Positions 37,383 through 45,025 are shown, numbered from the stretch's first letter. The stretch is DNA of 64,000 bases from an uncultured virus (IMG/VR IMGVR_UViG_3300036944_000233) (IMGVR_UViG_3300036944_000233); one strand, 5' to 3'. Notes: generated by a model not told the origin, from the letters alone. Made by a program: numbers and translations.

Positions 37383-38401
37383 GTGTTTTCTCCCTCCATC
37401 CAGCTGTTGTATTTTGTCTCGGGGAGTTTGCCCATCGGCACCTCGTAACGCTCAAGCACCTCGGGTGCAAACCACTTGAACAGTGTCGTGTCGAGCGTAG
37501 TCTTGGCTTGTGCCACGTCAAGCCACACTGATTTGCTACCCACATCACCCCTCTTCTCGGTTATGCCGTTGTGCCTGTACGACAGTAGTATCAGCATCGC
37601 CTTGTGAAAGCTGGTGTGCTTGCTCTCCTCTGGTTGGTCAGGTGTTATCAGGCCCAAGAACTCCTGCATAACCCGCTCGTACTTTTCTTTGGGCACACTG
37701 GCCCATCCGCTGTACGTTCCCGGCTTCATGGTCAACGCATCCCAATCGTTAACGCGTACTGTGAGATAGTCTTTGTCCCAAAACTCCTTTGACCCGAGGC
37801 TGTCGGCCAGCTCTGTGAATGTGCAGTTGATCATCGTGCGCATCGGGCCGTAGTATTGGCCTTGCGATTCTTCTGCGCGTAGGCTCACGAACCCTTTGAA
37901 GTAGTCGTAAAACTCCTTGTACCTAGCTCTAACAATGTTGGCACCCTTGCGGTTTATGCGGTAGGCGTAATTCGTCTGCGTGGTTACGGGGTATAGTCGG
38001 CGTTGCTCGTCTTTGCGTAAACGCAACACTTCGCCATCCCCAAGCGTGAGCGCATGACCACCCACACGAACGATTGTTTTCCCCCGCTGGCCTTGGACTC
38101 TTATGCCAGCTCCCAGCACCTCCTCGATGAACATATGCGTGGATGCCGTGACATACCCACCGTTGCGCACCTCGATCTCCCCATCGGGCATGAACGCCAC
38201 CACAGGGGTTTTGTACAGCACGCACTCGATTGCATTGTTGCTCGGGTTCTTGCGTATGCTGTAGCAGTCGGCATAGCGCCGCTCAGTCAATGGCCGTATG
38301 TCATTGCTTCGCCCCCGTATCGGCTTGGTGCTCTCCCACCAGCGGTTGGCGTTGAAGTAATCAATGATGGTCGGCACTTGCTTTACTGTTCGGTATCCCA
38401 T
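37379..38401 (-). CDS. hypothetical early protein (340 aa)
   Basis: Long ORF; TKPIRGR...LYKTPVV. Confidence 0.75.
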   Translation of the reverse strand: MGYRTVKQVPTIIDYFNANRWWESTKPIRGRSNDIRPLTERRYADCYSIRKNPSNNAIECVLYKTPVVAFMPDGEIEVRNGGYVTASTHMFIEEVLGAGIRVQGQRGKTIVRVGGHALTLGDGEVLRLRKDEQRRLYPVTTQTNYAYRINRKGANIVRARYKEFYDYFKGFVSLRAEESQGQYYGPMRTMINCTFTELADSLGSKEFWDKDYLTVRVNDWDALTMKPGTYSGWASVPKEKYERVMQEFLGLITPDQPEESKHTSFHKAMLILLSYRHNGITEKRGDVGSKSVWLDVAQAKTTLDTTLFKWFAPEVLERYEVPMGKLPETKYNSWMEGENT

Positions 38402-38402
38402 C

Positions 38403-38654
38403 TCAATATCCTTTACTCAATGGTTGCGCAAGATCGCGCATGGTTTCGAGCACCGCTTTGTCCGTGCTCTCTTGGTAAAACTTCGGTAGTGACTCCGCAT
38501 ACGATGGCAACATTGACCCTTTGTACGCTTTGTGGTTTAGCTTTATCTTCACCACGTACTTCTGGTACACCCGCTTGCTCGTGACTTTGGGTAGTCTGGT
38601 GGCTCCGTAGTTCCATGTCCGTGCCCACAGCACCCAGACTCTTTGTCGTGCCAC
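38403..38654 (-). CDS. small early protein (paralog family)
   Basis: C-terminal STDKAVLETMRDL. Confidence 0.5.
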   Translation of the reverse strand: MARQRVWVLWARTWNYGATRLPKVTSKRVYQKYVVKIKLNHKAYKGSMLPSYAESLPKFYQESTDKAVLETMRDLAQPLSKGY

Positions 38655-38655
38655 A

Positions 38656-38814
38656 TCATCTCTCCCTAAGTGCGTACACCTTGACTGTTTTCAGTGTCGG
38701 GTACAGTGTTGTGAATCTATCCTTGGCCAGCTTCATGCTCTTGGCCTCGATGCGCTCGGTGATCCAGTTGCCAAACCGTGCGCTCCATCCAACGGCCATG
38801 TACGTTCCTAACAT
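38656..38814 (-). CDS. 52-aa hypothetical protein (not in the ORF track)
   Basis: MLGTYMAVGWSARFG...; ATG lies inside the palindrome copy at 38809. Confidence 0.6.
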   Translation of the reverse strand: MLGTYMAVGWSARFGNWITERIEAKSMKLAKDRFTTLYPTLKTVKVYALRER

Positions 38815-38817
38815 TTG

Positions 38818-39375
38818 TTAGCTCTCCTTTAACGAATCAAGCCACGCTTGCTTGGCCTTCTTGTATTCAGCAGCCATGAGCGCGGACGGACGTGCACTTT
38901 TGCGTATAGCCTCTGCCGCCGCCTTCATGATCAGCAGGTCGTAAACCTCTGCGTCCATCTTGTGCAACTCCTTCGCCAAGTTCTCGGTCTCTTTCACTAC
39001 CCAGCCGAACGTGCGGTAGGTGTCTATGTCTAGGGTCAGGCGTACGTACTCGTTCGGGTCTTTTGCCGACCTCAACACACTCAGCATCACCCCCGGGGTC
39101 AGGTCACCCGCATGGGCACAGTCGAACCCGAACTTGCCCTCATCACTGAACGTCAGCCCACCGTGTACGTTAGCCGGTACATCGTTGTAGCTAAGCCCGT
39201 AGTAGTGATGCTTCTTAGGCACAGTCACATACCCACATAGGGCCAGCGTGATTGAGTTGCGCTTGACCTCGCACTTGTACTTGGTCGTTGGCTCCGTCCA
39301 CTTCATGTTGTCAGGCTCGGTCTCCCACGGCCTGTCTTGAATCAGCAGTTTTAGTTTGTGTTCAACTTCTAACAT
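38818..39375 (-). CDS. conserved phage hypothetical protein
   Basis: LCGYV...VHGGLTF...FGFDCAHAGD; both start and stop lie in palindrome copies. Confidence 0.8.
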   Translation of the reverse strand: MLEVEHKLKLLIQDRPWETEPDNMKWTEPTTKYKCEVKRNSITLALCGYVTVPKKHHYYGLSYNDVPANVHGGLTFSDEGKFGFDCAHAGDLTPGVMLSVLRSAKDPNEYVRLTLDIDTYRTFGWVVKETENLAKELHKMDAEVYDLLIMKAAAEAIRKSARPSALMAAEYKKAKQAWLDSLKES

Positions 39376-39378
39376 TTG

Positions 39379-39588
39379 TTATCCTTCATCTTTAAAAGTT
39401 GGCTCGTTTGGGGTGTTACCCAGCTTCGCCATGTTGTTTAGCAAGTGGTAGTCATCGCTCTGGTGTAGCTGTTTCCACAGCCCACCCTTGGCTACTCTCT
39501 CGCTCTCGTACCACACACGGTCGCCCACGATCAACCTGCCGCTGATCTCCCCGCGCAGTAGTACGTATGCTTTCTTGTGGCTCGGCAT
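39379..39588 (-). CDS. small early protein (paralog family)
   Basis: C-terminal SDDYHLLNNMAKL. Confidence 0.55.
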   Translation of the reverse strand: MPSHKKAYVLLRGEISGRLIVGDRVWYESERVAKGGLWKQLHQSDDYHLLNNMAKLGNTPNEPTFKDEG

Positions 39589-39589
39589 A

Positions 39590-39838
39590 TCATCCCCTGA
39601 TATGCCATGGGAACGGCAGGCCGGATGCACCTACTTTTTGCGGGAACGTGATGCACAGCAGCTCTTTGGTGTCGAGGTATGTTGTGCACACGCCCTTGTA
39701 CATCTTCTTGGCGTTGAGCACTTGCTCATCAGTTGCATCCGGATTTGCAAGTATGTCCATCAAGGCAACTTCGATCTCTTCCTTCAAGTCCTTGACCTTG
39801 CGCCACTTCAATGCGGCCTCGTGTATTTGTACGCTCAT
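39590..39838 (-). CDS. hypothetical protein
   Basis: Coupled ORF. Confidence 0.6.
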   Translation of the reverse strand: MSVQIHEAALKWRKVKDLKEEIEVALMDILANPDATDEQVLNAKKMYKGVCTTYLDTKELLCITFPQKVGASGLPFPWHIRG

Positions 39839-40278
39839 TTCAACTCCTCAGGGATGTCAACGGTGTCGCCCAGCTTGCTGGCAACGTAGCACCGCATAGC
39901 GGCGATGAGGGGGGTTGGGCCTGTTTGCACATGGTCGCCGTCCTTATCCTCGGCATACCAGCCCTGCTCGGCCTCGCCTTGCTCGTTCCATTGGTACATC
40001 CAGATGCCCATGCCTTCACGCTCAATGATCGGCCCACCTTGGGACCAGTCGGTTGATGGATTAAACGCAATGGCGCAAGAGAACTCGGGCTTTAGACGCA
40101 GCCTCATACGATTGATGATGCCCTCCGCCATATAGATGCAGATCACTCCATCCTCCGGGTCAATTCCGCACATCACTCCAGCGACCACAGATAGCTTCAG
40201 TCCTTTTAATTGTGGGCATATGGTTGCCACCGCCCAATCAAGGGCATCGCCTGTCAGTTCACCTGTCTTTATTTTCAT
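39835..40278 (-). CDS. ninX: NinX / DUF2591 family protein
   Basis: ELTGDALDWAVA...PSTDWSQGGPIIEREG...GPTPLIAAMRCYVASKLG. Confidence 0.85.
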   Translation of the reverse strand: MKIKTGELTGDALDWAVATICPQLKGLKLSVVAGVMCGIDPEDGVICIYMAEGIINRMRLRLKPEFSCAIAFNPSTDWSQGGPIIEREGMGIWMYQWNEQGEAEQGWYAEDKDGDHVQTGPTPLIAAMRCYVASKLGDTVDIPEELK

Positions 40279-40406
40279 CCCGGTCTCCCAATCAGTAGGT
40301 CATATGCAAGTACAGCGATCAGGAACAGGAGCAGGGCAACGCGCCATGCAACCTCTCCCGCTTTGAAATACTTGGGCTCTGTGCGGTCAGTTGGTTTTTC
40401 TAACAT
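40275..40406 (-). CDS. 43-aa membrane peptide (not in the ORF track)
   Basis: MLEKP...RVALLLFLIAVLAYDLLIGRPG; ATG lies inside the palindrome copy at 40401. Confidence 0.6.
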   Translation of the reverse strand: MLEKPTDRTEPKYFKAGEVAWRVALLLFLIAVLAYDLLIGRPG

Positions 40407-40409
40407 TTG

Positions 40410-40613
40410 TTATTTCTCCACCCTACGGTACGCAGTCAGCCAGTGTTCGCCGACTACATACCCAACGTGCACGTAGCGGCCATCCTTCTTGTCCACGTAC
40501 ATTTTGGATACTCTTGAACCGCCCATGCCAATCTGCTTGCGCAGTTCTTTGACGGTCTTGGCCCACCAGCGGCTACCCCACTGGTCAATATAGAGTGTTG
40601 GTTGTCCGTTCAT
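40410..40613 (-). CDS. hypothetical phage protein
   Basis: SKMYVDKKDG...HVGYVVG. Confidence 0.7.
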   Translation of the reverse strand: MNGQPTLYIDQWGSRWWAKTVKELRKQIGMGGSRVSKMYVDKKDGRYVHVGYVVGEHWLTAYRRVEK

Positions 40614-40909
40614 TTCTTCTCCTTGGTTGGTTTCGGTGCTGGTGTATACACCATGCCATCAAGAATCTGTTTGTCTGTGAATGTGCGCTCGGTTGATCCA
40701 CCGAATTCGTTGGTCAATCTGCACCATACGCTCGCGTTCCATTTGGCTCGGCGTGCATCGGGCAAGTGAATCCATCGGCCTGTGTGCATATCTACGCAGT
40801 CGTAACCGTCAGCCGCTCGGACTATGTAGCAGTTTTTGTACTGCACAGGGATGCCCACCTTGGGCAGGGGCTTGGGAGTTTTGGGTTTCTTGGTTGGTTT
40901 GGTCGTCAT
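40610..40909 (-). CDS. hypothetical protein
   Basis: Coupled ORF. Confidence 0.55.
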   Translation of the reverse strand: MTTKPTKKPKTPKPLPKVGIPVQYKNCYIVRAADGYDCVDMHTGRWIHLPDARRAKWNASVWCRLTNEFGGSTERTFTDKQILDGMVYTPAPKPTKEKK

Positions 40910-40910
40910 C

Positions 40911-41051
40911 TCAGTTCTCCGAATCGTGGTTCTCAAGGGCTGCATTGCGCAATTCGCTGGTTGTCTCGTAGTCGTAGCACTGGAAGCCCCAGCTCTCCAG
41001 ATACTCAATCAGCTCGTCGCGGTTGGCGTGTTCGATTTGGTCCCGGTTCAT
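40911..41051 (-). CDS. 46-aa acidic protein (not in the ORF track)
   Basis: MNRDQIEHANRDELIEYLESWGFQCYD; ATGA overlap. Confidence 0.55.
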   Translation of the reverse strand: MNRDQIEHANRDELIEYLESWGFQCYDYETTSELRNAALENHDSEN

Positions 41052-41260
41052 CCCGCACTCCCTTCACTCAAGTCCATGTAGTCACCGAGCACATCGGTGT
41101 ATTCAAAGTTCTCGGTTGCCTCATGCAGCGCAAGTGCATCGCTGTCCTGCACGAAGAAGGAACGACCGCCTCGGTGGTTCTCTGTGACACGGTACGCCCA
41201 CCCATTGCCATGGCTTTGGACTAGGTAGCGTTTGTCTATTGTTACGAATTCGATGCTCAT
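41048..41260 (-). CDS. hypothetical protein
   Basis: ORF within the early operon. Confidence 0.6.
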   Translation of the reverse strand: MSIEFVTIDKRYLVQSHGNGWAYRVTENHRGGRSFFVQDSDALALHEATENFEYTDVLGDYMDLSEGSAG

Positions 41261-41329
41261 TGAGTTATCTTTCTCTTGTGGTTACGTTGGAAGGGGTTAG
41301 TGAGTTAGAGGGGTGGGGGATAACAAATG

Positions 41330-41524
41330 TTAGGTTTCGATGCTCTGTTGGTTGTTCGCCAGTTGGCACAGATTGATTGCGTCTTGAATGGGCAGGGGGT
41401 TGCTCACGACTTGGCCTTTGGAGTTGGGCACCGCCCGCAGGTGGGCTTGCCAACTGTGCTCGGCCATCCATTCATACGCCCCGTGTTCAAACCGCACCAC
41501 AACACATTTAATTTCTTCTCTCAT
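41330..41524 (-). CDS. hypothetical protein
   Basis: ATGA overlap; stop codon lies in the palindrome copy at 41321. Confidence 0.55.
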   Translation of the reverse strand: MREEIKCVVVRFEHGAYEWMAEHSWQAHLRAVPNSKGQVVSNPLPIQDAINLCQLANNQQSIET

Positions 41525-41775
41525 GTCTGCTCTCCTCGGGTGTTCTTCTGGTTGGTGTTGCGCAGGGTGTTGAAAGCCGACTCGGGCGTGACGTATTGGT
41601 AGTTGCCTTTGCCGTACTCCATGACTACGCACCATGAAGCACGTTCTACAGCCGCAGCGTCTTCACCGCAGAACATGCACAGGCGGTAGCCCAGTGCCCA
41701 GCGTTCGATGTGCACGTCATCGCCGCATTCGCGGCATTCTTTCCAGTCGTGGTCGCGATCTTGAATTTCTAACAT
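41521..41775 (-). CDS. C4 zinc-finger protein with DksA/TraR-like spacing
   Basis: CRECGDDVHIERWALGYRLCMFC. Confidence 0.6.
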   Translation of the reverse strand: MLEIQDRDHDWKECRECGDDVHIERWALGYRLCMFCGEDAAAVERASWCVVMEYGKGNYQYVTPESAFNTLRNTNQKNTRGEQT

Positions 41776-41778
41776 TTG

Positions 41779-42021
41779 TTATGCCCTTGCGTTGGTTGTG
41801 CCGTTGGTGTACGTCACGTTGAAGTCGCCGCGATTGATGCAGTCGAGCAGGTGGTTGGTGTGTTGGTTTGCCCAGTCAGCGTTGAGCTTTTGAATGGCGT
41901 GGGCTTTGGCTTCGAGCGGGGACATAAGCGCACGGACGTGAAAGCTGGAGATGTGGCGTGGCGTGGAGTTCAGGCCGATGCGGATGACTGTCCATGTGTT
42001 GTCTTGGGCGTTTTCTAACAT
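41779..42021 (-). CDS. hypothetical early protein
   Basis: First gene after the promoter; start and stop both lie in palindrome copies. Confidence 0.65.
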   Translation of the reverse strand: MLENAQDNTWTVIRIGLNSTPRHISSFHVRALMSPLEAKAHAIQKLNADWANQHTNHLLDCINRGDFNVTYTNGTTNARA

Positions 42022-42079
42022 TTGTTACCTTTCGGGGGTTGCATTGGTTGTGTAGCAGACGATCTCCCACTACATATAT

Positions 42080-42108
42080 ATTGTACCACAAAGTTATGTT
42101 TATGTCAA
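42080..42108 (-). promoter_or_regulatory. strong sigma70-type early promoter
   Basis: TTGACA-17-TACAAT with TGTGG; flanks match those of the 37354 promoter (AAAACAC...ATA). Confidence 0.85.
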
Positions 42109-42509
42109 GTGTTTTGGGCTTGTGTTTGGTTTGTTTGGGTTTCCCATAGCATGTGCAAGTAGGCATATATGCACCGCATGACGAGCTCTGAGGTGGTGAG
42201 TCGGTTTTGGTAGGCATGGAGTTCGTACTCGTTGCGCAGTGAGTCGGGCTTGATGTACACGGTGATGGCTTTGCGCTCGTGATACGCCTGTGGTGGTTGG
42301 TACGCATCGGGTAGCTTGATCTTGTGGGCTTTGTGCGCATACATGGCAAGCGCCTGCCTGACGATGGTTGGCCGACTGCGTGGGCCTCGGTTGGTGACGA
42401 GTTGGGTTAGTTCCGCAAACAGCAGTGGGGATAGCGCAGTGTGGATTTCACTGTTGAGCCGGAAGGTGTCTTTGGGCTTGCGGGGTGTGTAGGTGATGCG
42501 TTTGGTCAT
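42105..42509 (-). CDS. putative tandem ribbon-helix-helix regulator
   Basis: Two beta-helix-helix-like units ending PTIVRQALAMY and TTSELVMRCIYAYL. Confidence 0.5.
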   Translation of the reverse strand: MTKRITYTPRKPKDTFRLNSEIHTALSPLLFAELTQLVTNRGPRSRPTIVRQALAMYAHKAHKIKLPDAYQPPQAYHERKAITVYIKPDSLRNEYELHAYQNRLTTSELVMRCIYAYLHMLWETQTNQTQAQNT

Positions 42510-42529
42510 TTGTGTGCTCCATAGAAACT

Positions 42530-42960
42530 AGGCAACATTAGGATAACATAACATTTGTTAGCTTGCAAGCGTGGTTCGGCAGGTGGTTTGCTTTGTTCAA
42601 TTACAATGTGCTCAGTGTTACGCATGTTATGAAAATTTTTAGAGAAACGTAACGCAAAAAATGGTCAAGCAAAATAAAAAACTTCAATGAAATCAACAAG
42701 TTAAGTAAGTATAGAATATATAATAATAATAAATGTTTCCGAGTTACTAGAAAATGGAAAAGTGACGATCCGCCTCCAAAAAATGTGTGTGGTACAAATT
42801 GCCCTAATCGTGGTACGTTTTGCTCTTAGCGTCTTGCGCACTGTCAAGTCCCCTGCCATACACACTTTTCAAAACGTGTAACTCGGAAACGATGTAGCAT
42901 CCATGCGGGTTTGCGCGATTTTGAGCGTAACATTAGGTCGTAACATGGTAACGTAATTTC
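42530..42960. other. candidate replication origin
   Basis: Non-coding; AT-rich core at about 42655-42735; 13-bp inverted repeat at 42735-42747 / 42878-42890; several GTAAC/GTTAC iteron-like pentamers. Confidence 0.5.
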
Positions 42961-42975
42961 ATCACACTGCGCCTT

Positions 42976-43183
42976 GGCTACCCCCACACAGGGAACTGGT
43001 ATGCGTATATTCTAACAACTGTTAGCCCTAGTATTACTTTGCCACAACGTACGTAGTATCTAAAGCACTCTTTCTGGTACTCACTTAGGCTACCCCCACA
43101 CAGGGAACTGGTATGCCTAAACCACCGTAAACTGTAAAACATAGTTCACCTTTGGCTTGTTGTACGTAGTATCAAAAGCACTC
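42976..43183. repeat. two-block direct repeat with a period of about 112 bp
   Basis: GGCTACCCCCACACAGGGAACTGGTATGC at 42976 and 43088; GTACGTAGTATC(T/A)AAAGCACTC at 43049 and 43162. Confidence 0.9.
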
Positions 43184-43193
43184 ATTTGAACGC

Positions 43194-43261
43194 AAAAAAG
43201 CCCGTCTCATAACATTTGTTATAAAACGGGCGCAAAAAAGCCCCCGAATTTAGCGGGGGCT
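43194..43261 (-). terminator. two tandem Rho-independent terminators
   Basis: GCCCCC...GGGGGC-T6 and GCCCGT...ACGGGC-T6 on the minus strand; the second hairpin encloses a palindrome copy. Confidence 0.8.
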
Positions 43262-43279
43262 GTAAGGGTTTAGCAAGAT

Positions 43280-43783
43280 TTAACCGAGAGCGTCAACGTC
43301 TCCACCAAGGGCTTCGAAGGCTTCCATTAACAAGCCCTTGACGTCTGAGGCTTTGCATTGTTCGCCCGATTCCTCAGCCTTGAATATGCGGTTAATAAGG
43401 GTTTTCAATTCCGCAAGGGTTTTAGTGTCCGTGTCAGTCGCGCCCTTAACCCGATTCCCGGCGGTCACATAACCGCTCGCTTCCTTGACGCGTTGCCAGT
43501 ACACGTTAATTGTGCCTTCCTTAAAACCGGCTTCTTCCATGGCCGTGACAAACAAGGCACGCTCAGCCTTGATGCCCTTGGCTTCTTTGCCCTTCAACTC
43601 ATACCATGGCTTTAAGGCCGCGCCCGTGTCCAACGCTCGCACGTTGAAGCTCAGGCAAAGGGCATCCGCATAACCTTGAATGACTTCGCCCGTACCGCGA
43701 GCGGCTGAAACAAGATTGCGACGTGCTGCTGCAACGATGCCCGCATCGATGGCGATGGTGGTGATAACTGTATTTTCTGACAT
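43280..43783 (-). CDS. monocistronic first early gene, hypothetical helical protein
   Basis: Own promoter, RBS AAAGG and terminators. Confidence 0.75.
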   Translation of the reverse strand: MSENTVITTIAIDAGIVAAARRNLVSAARGTGEVIQGYADALCLSFNVRALDTGAALKPWYELKGKEAKGIKAERALFVTAMEEAGFKEGTINVYWQRVKEASGYVTAGNRVKGATDTDTKTLAELKTLINRIFKAEESGEQCKASDVKGLLMEAFEALGGDVDALG

Positions 43784-43850
43784 ACTGACCTTTCTAACAA
43801 TTGTTAGGAACCGCCTAACCGGACAATGCAAAGCCTTGCAATGTGACTAT

Positions 43851-43879
43851 ATTGTACCACAATTTAATCCTTAACTCAA
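43851..43879 (-). promoter_or_regulatory. early promoter
   Basis: TTGAGT-17-TACAAT with the same TTGTGGTACAATATA core as the other early promoters. Confidence 0.7.
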
Positions 43880-44159
43880 TAATCCCGTAAACAATAATTA
43901 AATGATTTTTTGGGGGGCCATGGCCTAACAAATGTTAGAAACCGCCCCAAAGATGACCCCACCACCCAAAACTAGAGCAAGGGGAGGTAGGGCCCCACTA
44001 CACTGGGTTTCACACTCTCAACCACGTCAGCCCAACTTTTTATAACTACAGAGTACAAAATACCCCCCTCCCCCCATATAAAATTTTTACCAAGTGCGGC
44101 CAAATATTTCTACAGAAACCCCCCCGGCCTCCGCGGAATAAGGCCAAGCCCTAAAAATT

Positions 44160-44188
44160 TTGCAAAAATTTGGAAACACTGTTACATT
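44160..44188 (+). promoter_or_regulatory. promoter of the packaging/head operon
   Basis: TTGCAA-17-TACATT with TGn extension. Confidence 0.6.
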
Positions 44189-44217
44189 TCCGCCACTCCC
44201 AATTCACTTTGGTGCCT

Positions 44218-44847
44218 ATGATCCCTGTTCAACCCACTGCGGAATACCCAATTCCATTCGATATATCCGACGAGCAGCCCAGAACGCACTCGGACGGGAT
44301 AGCCGTAGCCGTTAACACCATCGAACTGCTTGAGCAACTCGGCGGAAGCATAGATTACGAGGACAAAGACCTGCACAAAGCCAAGGTGCTGATCACTGGC
44401 GAGCAGAAACCTACTACCCCCAAGTTCGTTTCATCGTCGGCAGAAGCAAAAGCTGTGCACTCTTTGATCAAACGCTTTGACTACAACGCGTTTTCGGATG
44501 CTTTGCAGGCTCGGAACTTCATCACGAACAAATTGATCACGCTGGCTGACTGCGGAGACCCCAAGTTGGAGCTCAAAGCTCTTGAGTTGCTGGGTAAGCA
44601 CAGCGATATTGGCCTGTTCACGGAGCGAAGCGAGATCACCGTCCACCACACCACGTCTACTGCGCTGGAAAACTCGATCAAAGACAGGATTAAGCGCCTG
44701 ATGAATTCAGATGTAGTAGATATCACACCGCTGGACGACCTTGATGCGCAGCTGGGGCCAGTCGAAGCGTTCAAAAAGGTGGTGGAGGAGGATCGCGATA
44801 TCGACCCAGAAGACCCAGACGGCGAACCAAAGGTGGACGATGAGTGA
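44218..44847 (+). CDS. terS: terminase small subunit (putative)
   Basis: ELKALELLGKHSDIGLFTER; upstream of terL. Confidence 0.7.
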   Translation: MIPVQPTAEYPIPFDISDEQPRTHSDGIAVAVNTIELLEQLGGSIDYEDKDLHKAKVLITGEQKPTTPKFVSSSAEAKAVHSLIKRFDYNAFSDALQARNFITNKLITLADCGDPKLELKALELLGKHSDIGLFTERSEITVHHTTSTALENSIKDRIKRLMNSDVVDITPLDDLDAQLGPVEAFKKVVEEDRDIDPEDPDGEPKVDDE

Positions 44848-45025
44848 AGTCTGTAAATTTCCTGTGGTGGTTGGGGACAACCGGTCCGTTGCCAGCTTGA
44901 CTGAGGAAATGATCGACCGCGTCAAAGAGGTTGTGTATTCCTACAACGGTAAAGTGCCAGTCGCAGTGGCCATCGGCGTGCTGCACATCGCGGCTAAAGA
45001 AATTCTGGACGCTCAACATGAGTGA
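44840..45025 (+). CDS. hypothetical protein
   Basis: Coupled ORF between terS and terL. Confidence 0.6.
   Translation: MSEVCKFPVVVGDNRSVASLTEEMIDRVKEVVYSYNGKVPVAVAIGVLHIAAKEILDAQHE

Larger units (their letters stand above)
26938..43937. repeat. dispersed palindrome TAACA-NN-TGTTA, 17 perfect copies
   Basis: Copies start at 26938, 30890, 32766, 33235, 34622, 37291, 38809, 39370, 40401, 41321, 41770, 42016, 42549, 43013, 43210, 43795 and 43926; near-copies at 35850 and 36563. Confidence 0.92.

Noticed and set aside
42976..43183. CRISPR mini-array
   Set aside because: Only two copies of the 29-bp block, 83 nt apart, with a second conserved block inside the spacer; no cas operon. The Cas4-like gene is an ordinary phage replication nuclease.
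26938..43937. True integron attC array
   Set aside because: The CTAAC/GTTAG ends are only 4 nt apart, with no L boxes or extrahelical bases, and there is no tyrosine recombinase in the window.
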